Positions 29,074 through 36,070 of a DNA stretch of 36,070 nt are shown one piece after another. Numbering within the stretch: the first letter of the stretch is position 1; each line of letters starts with the position of its first letter. The notes beneath the pieces were generated by a model. That model did no database searches. It was not told the DNA's origin and saw only the letters and a list, made by a program, of their open reading frames with translations. The DNA comes from a virus. Location of the stretch: IMG/VR virus record IMGVR_UViG_3300045988_179149, positions 1 through 36,070 of that record; one strand, given 5' to 3'. A program made the position numbers and the translations under genes.

Positions 29074-30262
29074 CCGTCTCACCTCCGTGCGATATCGACT
29101 CGGTAAAGGCCGCGGCGGCGGCCTGGTCGCGGCCCGGCATGACCGAGCCGTAGATGTCGAGCGTCGTCTTGACGCTCGCGTGCCCCAGGCGCTCCTGGAT
29201 GGTCCTCATGTCGAACCCGTTCATGAGCAGCCACGAGGCATGCGTGTGCCTCAACGAGTGGAACACTGTCTCCTCCGGCAGCCCCAGGTCCCTCACGAGC
29301 GACTTGAAGCGGCTCGTCACGGTGGACGGGCGAGCGATGCCGCCTGCCGGCCCGAAGGTCACCACCGGCGCCGCCGGGCCCTTGCGCGAGAGCCACGTGT
29401 CCTGCCACTCCAGGTGGCGCTGCAGCTGCGCCTCCACCGCCGGGGCGAGCGCCACGTTGCGCACGCGCCTGCCCTTGGTGTAGGCCTGCCGGTGCAGCTC
29501 GGGGTGCTCGACCGCCTGCCCCACGACGTGCAGGTCGTGCAGGGCGCAGCGCCAGTCTCGGCGCTGCAGCCCGCAGATCTCCCCGCAGCGAAGACCCGTA
29601 TTGAGGGCGAGGTAGACCGCCATGGCCTCGGTGCGCCGCGAGATGTTGGCGGCAGAGGCAGATCGCGAGGACATGGCAGACACCAGCGCTCGGGAGAGCT
29701 CGTCGGTGTCGAGCTCGGACAGCGCGAACGGCTCCACGGGGTCGGGCGAGGGCGCGGGGACGTCGAGCATGATGTCGCGGCCCAGCGCCGGTCGCCACGA
29801 GCGGTAGGCGCCCTTGAGGAGCGCGTGCATCTTGAGCAGCGTCTTGGGCGACAGCCCCTTGCCGCTCCTGGGGGCGAGCAGCATGCGGTACGCCGCCGAC
29901 ACGTCCCAGGGCTCAAGCTGGTCGTAGGGAAGCCGCCCGATGGTCGGCTCCACCATCGTCCTGACCACGCTGCGGTACGTGGCCACGGAATTGTCGGACA
30001 GGCCGTTGACGGGGTCGGAGATGTACGTCTCGAGCATCGAGGACAGGCGCTTGGAGCTGTCCCGGGCCGACGACGGGTCGAACGTGGCCGCCCACCTGTC
30101 GCACTCGGCCTGGGCCTGCTCGCGCGTCAGGTGGGCGTCCCACGACCTGTACGGCCTGATCCGCCTGCCGGTCACGCGGTCGGTGCCCATGTAGGGTCGG
30201 GCGAACCAGCGCCCGTCCTCCCCGCGCTGCACGACCGCGCGGCGCTCGCTAGAAGTCGGCAT
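29060..30262 (-). CDS. Tyrosine recombinase no. 2 (400 aa), embedded in the early operon
   Basis: LNTGLRCGEICGL, FHSLRHTHASWLL, LGHASVKTTLDIYGSV. The ATG at 30262 overlaps the upstream gene end. Confidence 0.8.
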   Translation of the reverse strand: MPTSSERRAVVQRGEDGRWFARPYMGTDRVTGRRIRPYRSWDAHLTREQAQAECDRWAATFDPSSARDSSKRLSSMLETYISDPVNGLSDNSVATYRSVVRTMVEPTIGRLPYDQLEPWDVSAAYRMLLAPRSGKGLSPKTLLKMHALLKGAYRSWRPALGRDIMLDVPAPSPDPVEPFALSELDTDELSRALVSAMSSRSASAANISRRTEAMAVYLALNTGLRCGEICGLQRRDWRCALHDLHVVGQAVEHPELHRQAYTKGRRVRNVALAPAVEAQLQRHLEWQDTWLSRKGPAAPVVTFGPAGGIARPSTVTSRFKSLVRDLGLPEETVFHSLRHTHASWLLMNGFDMRTIQERLGHASVKTTLDIYGSVMPGRDQAAAAAFTESISHGGETDDDT

Positions 30263-30605
30263 CGACGCCCAGCTCCGCCGCCATGTCGCGGATCTCCCTG
30301 CGCGCATCCAGGTCGAGGGTCTGGATGCTGTCGGCGTGCCCGTGGGGGTCGGCACCGAGCACGGCGATGAGCATGAGCTTGCGAGCGATGTCGGCCGGCG
30401 CGCCAGCCTGGCGGAAGGCCTCGTAGAGCGTGTCGGCGCAAGCGCCGGTGAGCATGAGGAGGTCGGAAAGCCCGCCCGAGCCCACGAAGCACGCGTTGCC
30501 GGTGCCGTCGCCGTGGCCGATCGAGACCGTCGCGCAGCGGCACTCGAAAGCGCGGACCTCGCCGCAGGCCTCCACCGTCACCCTGACCTTCTCCTCGCTA
30601 CTCAT
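30249..30605 (-). CDS. Hypothetical protein (118 aa)
   Basis: ATG after AAGGAGGAGAAGG. Overlaps the ParB-like stop. Confidence 0.5.
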   Translation of the reverse strand: MSSEEKVRVTVEACGEVRAFECRCATVSIGHGDGTGNACFVGSGGLSDLLMLTGACADTLYEAFRQAGAPADIARKLMLIAVLGADPHGHADSIQTLDLDARREIRDMAAELGVDADF

Positions 30606-31851
30606 CCTTCTCCTCCTTGAAACTCGCCTGAACCCTCTCCATGAGCCACACGTCCTCCTCGCCGGGCTCGAAGCCCACGGAGCAGAAGATGTCATAGTGG
30701 TCGAGCCACGCCTCCGCGTCGTCGCCGCCCCAGCGGTTGTTGAGCTGGGCCATGTCCTTGGCCGCCGCCATGAGCCAGCAGCCGGCCTCGTACTCGCTGG
30801 GCTTACAAGCCTTGAGGTTGCGGGCGAACTCGTCTCGCACGAGCCCGAAACGCTCCTCGTTCTCGACGTGGCTGTCGCCGCCCATCGCCACGAGCAGCGC
30901 GGACGGGTCGGCACGGTCCACGCGCACCTCCATCATGAGGTCCTTGGACATGGCAAAGGCACCGGACGCCACGAAGCCGATCAGGCTCCTGTACAGCTCC
31001 TCGAGCGCCGCCTTCTCGCGCGCGGCCTCCTGCTCGGCCCGAATCTCCTCCTCGGTCTTCTCGGGCTCGGCGCCCGAGCCGTCATCCGGCTCGTAGAGGT
31101 CCCAGTAGTTGCCCTTCCACACGGCAACGGTGCCGGCGGCGAACTCCTTCCCCTCGAGTTTCTGGGCGGCGAGGCCGACGTTGGCCCAGTCCGTGTTGTT
31201 GAAACCCTCCGGCTGCTCCTTCACCACCGGGATGCCCGCGTCGCCGAAGGCGTCATAGTCCTCGGCCTTGGCCTCCTCGCGCTCGACGCGGCGGCGGATG
31301 CTGTCGGCCTTGCCCGCCCAGCCGTCACCGGCGGCGAGGACCGCCTCGACGTCCTTCTCGTCGTCGAAGGCGCTCGCGGCCTCGAGCTGCTCCAGCGTCA
31401 CCTGCACGCCAGCATCGATGCGACCGCGCAGTTTGCGTGCAGCCCGAATCTGCCCGGCGGTGGCTCGGCTCGCGCGCTCGATGCGCTGCTCGTCGATGCC
31501 CAGCACGAGCATCTGCTGCACGCCGCGTGCGCGCTCGGCCTCGGTCAGCTGGCGCTTGTCATCGGTGGCGAGCATGGCCACGAGCTCGTTGGCCTCGTCC
31601 ATGGTGTCGGCCACCAGCGCGGAAACCTCGCGGTCCTCCCCGTAGATGGACGACAGCGCGCGGTAGCGGCGCTCGCCGTCAACGATACGGAACACGTTGC
31701 CGTCCGCCACGACCACGGGCGGGTTCAGCGGCTCGCCGCCGGTCGCCTCGATGCTGCGGGCCAGGGCGCCGATGTCGCCGAAGTCCTCGCGCGGGTTCTG
31801 CCCGCTGGGGCGGATGTCGCCCAGACGAACCTGCCTCTTCTCGAATTGCAT
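30598..31851 (-). CDS. ParB/Srx N-terminal-domain protein (417 aa)
   Basis: ATG after AGGAGGAA. IRPSGQNPRED...PPVVVADGNVFRIVDGERRYRAL. Confidence 0.75.
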   Translation of the reverse strand: MQFEKRQVRLGDIRPSGQNPREDFGDIGALARSIEATGGEPLNPPVVVADGNVFRIVDGERRYRALSSIYGEDREVSALVADTMDEANELVAMLATDDKRQLTEAERARGVQQMLVLGIDEQRIERASRATAGQIRAARKLRGRIDAGVQVTLEQLEAASAFDDEKDVEAVLAAGDGWAGKADSIRRRVEREEAKAEDYDAFGDAGIPVVKEQPEGFNNTDWANVGLAAQKLEGKEFAAGTVAVWKGNYWDLYEPDDGSGAEPEKTEEEIRAEQEAAREKAALEELYRSLIGFVASGAFAMSKDLMMEVRVDRADPSALLVAMGGDSHVENEERFGLVRDEFARNLKACKPSEYEAGCWLMAAAKDMAQLNNRWGGDDAEAWLDHYDIFCSVGFEPGEEDVWLMERVQASFKEEKDE

Positions 31852-31861
31852 GTCATTCCTC

Positions 31862-32020
31862 CTAGTAGTACATCCCGCTCGGGGCGGTCCCCTCGATGGC
31901 GCCGCCGACGGCGATGAGCGCGATGAGCGCCACGGCGCACACCACGCTGCGCACGCGCTCGGGCAGCGAGTCCCACCACTCGCCGAGGCGGCAGCCCGCC
32001 TCCCAGATAAGATCGACCAT
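31862..32020 (-). CDS. Small membrane protein (52 aa)
   Basis: TGATG coupling to the upstream gene. TM helix VVCAVALIALIAVGGAI. Confidence 0.4.
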   Translation of the reverse strand: MVDLIWEAGCRLGEWWDSLPERVRSVVCAVALIALIAVGGAIEGTAPSGMYY

Positions 32021-32250
32021 CACGCCACCCGCCTCGGACGACGCGACGGCACGCAGTCGGGCGAGGGCAGCGCAGGGACCGCGCCACGCGCCTTGATGGC
32101 GGCGTCGATGTCCTCGCTGCTCACCACCTCGCGCGAGCTGTTTGGGTTGAGCGACGGGTAGCGCGGTATCACGCCCTGCATGACCATCGCGCGGAACGTG
32201 ACGTTGTCGCAGCAGGCATAACGCGCGCCCTTGGCTATAGACATCCACAT
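32020..32250 (-). CDS. Excisionase-family (HTH_17-like) DNA-binding protein (76 aa)
   Basis: ATG after AAAGGAGAAGG. The pattern SIAKGARYACCDNVTFRAMVMQGVIPRY...REVVSSEDIDAAI matches the Xis/AlpA-type winged helix by recall. Confidence 0.45.
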   Translation of the reverse strand: MWMSIAKGARYACCDNVTFRAMVMQGVIPRYPSLNPNSSREVVSSEDIDAAIKARGAVPALPSPDCVPSRRPRRVA

Positions 32251-32475
32251 GGCCTTCTCCTTTCAAATCAATAGAGCCATTCCCTTGCCGGAGGGCCGCA
32301 CCGATAGATGCAGCCGGAGGGCGCTCCCCCGCCAAAGGGAGCGGTGCCGCCGCACCGCCAAGTCGGCGGCGGACACCATGTGGGCCGGATGTAGGGAGTC
32401 CGGCCCCGTCGCGCCACGGGCCCCGCGGAATGGGGGCGGTGCGGAACCCGTGGCGCGGCGGGAGCGGGCCCGCCG
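32251..32475 (-). other. 225-nt GC-rich, highly structured non-coding leader within the early operon
   Basis: 10-bp stem 32411-20/32447-56, 7-bp stems 32383-89/32399-405 and 32322-28/32337-43, and a direct repeat gccggaggg at 32287 and 32313. No credible ORF. Confidence 0.5.
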
Positions 32476-32625
32476 TCAGTCGCGGAGCGACCCGACCGCC
32501 CACGCCGCGATGAACGGCACGGCGGCCGAGAAGCACACCCGCGCGAGGCCGTAGGCCCCCTGCACGGCGCACATCCAGCCGGCGGCGTCCATCACGACGG
32601 CCGAGGCGAGCAGCGCCCGGGTCAT
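32476..32625 (-). CDS. Small membrane protein (49 aa)
   Basis: ATGA overlap with the upstream stop. Hydrophobic ALLASAVVMDAAGWMCAV...VPFIAAWAV. Confidence 0.4.
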   Translation of the reverse strand: MTRALLASAVVMDAAGWMCAVQGAYGLARVCFSAAVPFIAAWAVGSLRD

Positions 32626-32897
32626 TCGCGACCGCAGCCGAACGGCCACTCGCCCGGCGCGGGGTCGATCTCCATGACGTCGTAGGCCACCGGGTTGAGC
32701 GCCTGCCTGCGGTCGAGCGCGACCAGGCGTGCGAGGTAGGCGACGTCGCCGGCCTGGACGTGCGCGCGGAACGAGTAGCGCGCGTCCGCGAGGAACTCGA
32801 AAACCTCCGTGTTCCACCTGCCGCTCTCGTCAGCCCACGTCACCATGCCGCCCAGGGTCGTGATGTCCTCGGGCAGCTCGTAGCTCTTGCCTTCCAT
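32622..32897 (-). CDS. Hypothetical early protein (91 aa)
   Basis: Internal ATG after GGAAGGGGGAAG. Confidence 0.5.
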   Translation of the reverse strand: MEGKSYELPEDITTLGGMVTWADESGRWNTEVFEFLADARYSFRAHVQAGDVAYLARLVALDRRQALNPVAYDVMEIDPAPGEWPFGCGRE

Positions 32898-32914
32898 CTC
32901 TTCCCCCTTCCGGC

Positions 32915-33145
32915 CTAGGCGGCCTCGTCCGTGTTCCAGCCCATCAGGTCGTTGGGTGTGCATCCGAGGGCCAACCCCAACGCCGCGAGGCTCTCGAGCG
33001 AAGGCGTCGAGGCCTTGGCCAGATAGTTGCGGATGCTGTATACCGACACGCCCGATGCCGCGGAAAGCTCCTCAGCGGTCTTGATGTCGGCGTGAGCCAT
33101 GAAGATGCGCAAGTTATGAGCAAAAGACTCTTTAACGTCCGTCAT
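32915..33145 (-). CDS. Cro-like XRE-family HTH regulator (76 aa)
   Basis: ATG after AAGGAGGT. FAHNLRIFMAHADIKTAEELSAASGVSVYSIRNY. Divergent from the CI-like gene. Confidence 0.75.
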   Translation of the reverse strand: MTDVKESFAHNLRIFMAHADIKTAEELSAASGVSVYSIRNYLAKASTPSLESLAALGLALGCTPNDLMGWNTDEAA

Positions 33146-33168
33146 GTGTACCTCCTTAATCTGAAAAG

Positions 33169-33181
33169 TACGGATTTCGTA
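33169..33181. promoter_or_regulatory. Operator Oa, TACGGATTTCGTA
   Basis: Palindromic half-sites TACG/CGTA with a 5-nt spacer. Identical to Oc. Confidence 0.6.
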
Positions 33182-33199
33182 TCTCACTAATTAGACTAC

Positions 33200-33212
33200 T
33201 ACGTATCTCGTA
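33200..33212. promoter_or_regulatory. Operator Ob, TACGTATCTCGTA, inside the candidate cro promoter spacer
   Basis: Same TACG-N5-CGTA layout. A minus-strand TTGACA (33215-33220) and TCTAAT (33190-33195) flank it. Confidence 0.5.
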
Positions 33213-33228
33213 CTTGTCAACAGTTAAA

Positions 33229-33241
33229 TACGGATTTCGTA
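33229..33241. promoter_or_regulatory. Operator Oc, TACGGATTTCGTA
   Basis: The three sites are spaced 31 and 29 bp apart in the 145-bp divergent intergenic region. Confidence 0.6.
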
Positions 33242-33290
33242 CACGTATATCTAACTTATTGGTACACTCCTGTCTAAGGAGGTACGAAAT

Positions 33291-33680
33291 ATGAACTTTT
33301 CTCTTCGATTGAGGGCCCTTAGAGAAGCCAAGGGTCTAAAGCAAAACCAGATGCCGGAACTTGTTGGCACGACCGCTCGCATATATGGCTCTTGGGAGCG
33401 CGGCGAAACACCGATCCTCCTTGAGGATGCTTTCAGATGCGCTCAGGTACTCGGATGCACGCCTAACGACCTATGCGGATGGCCGCCCGGCCTCAACGAT
33501 GGTGCCGCCGATGACCTCGACCCCGAGGAGGGCGAGCTGCTCTACTGCTACCGGCAGAGCACCGAGAAGAGGCGCTCGAAGATCCTGGAGACGGCACGCG
33601 ACCAGGCCGAGCTGTCCCAAAATCAGGCTGCAGCGCCTGAAGGCGAAGGGCTGGAAGCGGATCAAGTAAGGTCCGCGTAG
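33291..33680 (+). CDS. CI-like XRE-family repressor (129 aa)
   Basis: ATG after AAGGAGGT. LRALREAKGLKQNQMPELVGTTARIYGSWERGE. Followed by an acidic, flexible C-terminal part. Confidence 0.75.
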   Translation: MNFSLRLRALREAKGLKQNQMPELVGTTARIYGSWERGETPILLEDAFRCAQVLGCTPNDLCGWPPGLNDGAADDLDPEEGELLYCYRQSTEKRRSKILETARDQAELSQNQAAAPEGEGLEADQVRSA

Positions 33681-33698
33681 CAAAGTAAGGAGGTATTC

Positions 33699-34643
33699 AT
33701 GGGGCTGTTCAGCTCATTGGCCAAAGCGATTTTGACGGGCAATGGCGCGCCTCGCTCTGCCGCCATGTCCGCACAAGATAGTAGGCACCCCGCCGCGCGC
33801 GTCATAAACATCGACGGCGATTGCGAGAAGACGGTGTTTTCCTACGTCGGTGTGCCCTTCAAGGGCATCCGGAAAGGAGCCGAGTTCTACGTCGATCCAC
33901 TCGGTCGCGATATGGTTCTCCACAGCAAGTCGACCGGCACGACGGCGGACAGCGCCGAGTTTGGAGATACGCCACTTTCCTACAACGGCACCGCATTCGG
34001 TTTTACCTGCTCGGGACTCGGGTTCCTCAAGGAGATGGTGGCGGCCGGCTTCACGTTCCGTCTCAAGGTCAAGAAAACCGGCATGTACTCCCCCGGCGTC
34101 CCCGAGCTAGTCAGCCTGACTGCGGAGCCCCGGCTCTTGGAGCAGTGGTGGGAACGCCAGAAGACGCTGACGACTCCCGTTCTGTTCTCCGAGGAAGACG
34201 AGCTTATTAGACTCGAGGCTAAACACGAGGCGCAATATAGGGCCAAGGTCGCCCAGGTGAGGCGTAGGCGGACAGGCATCGAGCTTGCAAAGGATTCGCT
34301 TGAGGCATGGATTACCGTTACCGATCGCAACTGGATCGGCGGCAAACTGCCCAGAAAGGACCTCCGCTTCACTCCGTCATTTGAGATAGTCCCGACGCCA
34401 AAGGGCTCGTCGGCAAAGCCCCATATCAGAGTGCTCGCCGACGGCAATCCGCTCGTCGAGATTAGCGCCATGAGCACCGAGGCTTACAAGCAAATCTCCG
34501 CAAACAGGGAAAGACCGTGCCGTGCCATCTATATGTGGGACTACTACCAAGACGGCACCGACCCCAGACGAAGCTCTATCTGGTATTTGACTAGCAGATT
34601 GTGCGAAACGATCGAATCGCCAGTTACTCTCCCATTTTCGTAA
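33699..34643 (+). CDS. Unknown 314-aa protein co-oriented with the repressor and integrase (lysogeny-module cargo)
   Basis: ATG after AAGGAGGT, 18 nt after the repressor stop. Balanced composition. No motif I recognise. Confidence 0.7.
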   Translation: MGLFSSLAKAILTGNGAPRSAAMSAQDSRHPAARVINIDGDCEKTVFSYVGVPFKGIRKGAEFYVDPLGRDMVLHSKSTGTTADSAEFGDTPLSYNGTAFGFTCSGLGFLKEMVAAGFTFRLKVKKTGMYSPGVPELVSLTAEPRLLEQWWERQKTLTTPVLFSEEDELIRLEAKHEAQYRAKVAQVRRRRTGIELAKDSLEAWITVTDRNWIGGKLPRKDLRFTPSFEIVPTPKGSSAKPHIRVLADGNPLVEISAMSTEAYKQISANRERPCRAIYMWDYYQDGTDPRRSSIWYLTSRLCETIESPVTLPFS

Positions 34644-34715
34644 CCCCACGAAAATGGGCAGGCGACTGCTTAAGTTGTTGCAGAAAACGCAACGACTGTT
34701 ACAGACACAAAGAAA

Positions 34716-34749
34716 CCCCGTGCGGCAATCTTGGCGGATCCGCACGGGG
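34716..34749 (+). terminator. Hairpin ccccgtgcgg/ccgcacgggg after the cargo gene (no T-tract)
   Basis: 10-bp inverted repeat with a 14-nt loop. Confidence 0.35.
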
Positions 34750-34788
34750 CATATGCCCTCCGGCAAAAGGGAAAGGCAGGACCATTAT

Positions 34789-36027
34789 ATGGCAACCAAC
34801 GATACTTCAAGGTCAAAACTCGGCTCCAAGCGCGAGGTCGCGCCCGGCAAATGGGTGATCCGCGTGCAGGCTGGCTTCCGCGCGGACGGGCACGTGCGGC
34901 GCGTGTCGCGCACCGTCCACGGCACAGAGACCGAGGCCGATATCGCCATCGCCCAGCTCGCCCGCGAGCTCGGCGTGTCCCAGGCGGCGCACGCGGGCGT
35001 GACGCTCGACATGTACTACTGGGGAGTTTTCCGCGATTCCCCCAGCAACCGCGGCAAGCCGCGCTCAAAGGCGAGTCTGCGCGAGTACGACGGGCAGATG
35101 GACAACTACATCTCCCCCGTCCTGGGGGGCATCGACATCTCCGAGATCACCCACGACATGATGCGAAGCTGCATCGAGCGCTCGGGCGCGCCTGCCAAGA
35201 CCAAGACGACACTGCGCGCCGTCATGCGCCGCGCCTTCGATGACGGATGGGTGACGGTGGAGCCCTTCCGCCGGCGCGTCATCGCGCCCAAGGCCAAGCA
35301 GGCTCCCGTGGAGCCGTGGAGCATCCCCGAGGCCGCCGAGGCGCTGCGCAGGCTCGCCGCCAGCGACGACCGCGCCGATCTGGTCATGAACGCCTACCTC
35401 ATCCTCGGCCTGAGCGGCCTGCGCAAGGAGGAGGCACTGGCGGTGCGCCCGTGCGACCTCAAGGTCACCACGACCTACGACTTCGCCACGGGCCAGCCGA
35501 CCGTGTCGGAGTACATCGAGGTCTGCCGCGCGTACACGGACGAGGACGGCGTGAAGGAGACCAAGAACGCCCATTCCGTGCGCACCGTGCCGGTTTTATT
35601 GGCGGGCCGCAAGCGCCTGCACCAGATCATGGACGAGCTGCGCCCATCCATAACCGTCGAGGGCGGCACTTCGGTTACGAAGCAGGTTCGCGAGTGGAGC
35701 GGCCAGCGCATCGTCAACATGCGCGGCGACAACCTCGTGCGGGCGTGGCGGCGCATGTGCGCACGCCATGACCTGCGGTATATCCCGCCCAAGGCCCTGC
35801 GCCACACGTCCGAGACCATCATGGCGGCGACCGAGGTCGACCCCCTGAGCATCATGGACCTGCACGGGCATACGGACCTGGGGACAGATTACCGCCATTA
35901 CATCAAACCGGGCCTCGCGGAGCGCGAGAAGGCCGCCAGGCAGGTCGGGCGCGCCCTGCAGATCGTCGAGGGAGGCGGCGCGGACGGCGGTTTTAATGGC
36001 ACCGGTCTGGGCGCCGAAACGCTCTAA
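34789..36027 (+). CDS. int: Integrase (tyrosine recombinase no. 3, 412 aa)
   Basis: The ATG at 34789 gives MATNDTSRSKLG. ILGLSGLRKEEALAV, PKALRHTSETIMA, HGHTDLGTDYRHYI. attP lies just downstream across the junction. Confidence 0.85.
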   Translation: MATNDTSRSKLGSKREVAPGKWVIRVQAGFRADGHVRRVSRTVHGTETEADIAIAQLARELGVSQAAHAGVTLDMYYWGVFRDSPSNRGKPRSKASLREYDGQMDNYISPVLGGIDISEITHDMMRSCIERSGAPAKTKTTLRAVMRRAFDDGWVTVEPFRRRVIAPKAKQAPVEPWSIPEAAEALRRLAASDDRADLVMNAYLILGLSGLRKEEALAVRPCDLKVTTTYDFATGQPTVSEYIEVCRAYTDEDGVKETKNAHSVRTVPVLLAGRKRLHQIMDELRPSITVEGGTSVTKQVREWSGQRIVNMRGDNLVRAWRRMCARHDLRYIPPKALRHTSETIMAATEVDPLSIMDLHGHTDLGTDYRHYIKPGLAEREKAARQVGRALQIVEGGGADGGFNGTGLGAETL

Positions 36028-36070
36028 ATTGCATTTTCTAGGTCCACTACCTGCAAAATGCATAAAACGC
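36016..36070. repeat. Second copy of the 55-nt terminal repeat
   Basis: Identical to nt 1-55. Contains the last 12 nt of the integrase gene. Confidence 0.9.

Overview
This window is a GC-rich (mid-60s % by eye, not computed) temperate siphovirus genome that closes into a circle. Nt 1-55 are identical to nt 36016-36070, so the unique length is 36,015 bp.

Almost all genes run leftward on the minus strand, in this order:
- Lysogeny switch: divergent CI-like and Cro-like HTH genes with three TACG-N5-CGTA operators.
- Early operon of small, translationally coupled genes: Xis-like HTH, ParB-like protein, a second tyrosine recombinase, a radical-SAM enzyme and a Lar-like zinc ribbon.
- Sigma/RinA-like late regulator, then a 9 x 10-bp phased repeat array.
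- Packaging and head: HNH, TerS, TerL, portal and a MuF-like head protein with a nuclease-like C-terminal extension. These are followed by tRNA-Trp and tRNA-Leu, then scaffold and major capsid.
- Tail: connectors, major tail protein, G/GT chaperones with an A_AAA_AAC -1 slip site, a 1082-aa tape measure, Dit, a baseplate protein and three collagen-like fibre proteins.
- Receptor-binding tail fibre, then the lysis cassette.

The plus strand carries the CI-like repressor, a 314-aa unknown cargo gene and the integrase. The integrase's attP (45 nt matching the 3' part of a tRNA-Lys(CUU)) lies just across the circular junction.

The standout is 3.1-6.9 kb. The tail-fibre gene (6100-6909, minus) is the expressed end of a 2.4-kb multi-inversion shufflon (4025-6411):
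- Eight copies of a 12-13-nt core, (G/C)ATTCTGTATCCC, five on the plus strand and three on the minus strand.
- Every core is read in the same frame (D/H-S-V-S).
- Each core heads a stop-free 81-114-codon C-terminal cassette whose stop abuts the next site.
- A tyrosine recombinase gene (3154-4026, plus) has a stop codon that overlaps the first site.

This is an Rci/R64-like logic applied to a phage receptor-binding protein. I cannot run database searches, so its novelty is inference.

Many long ORFs in the supplied track are antisense or out-of-frame artefacts of high GC and were not called.
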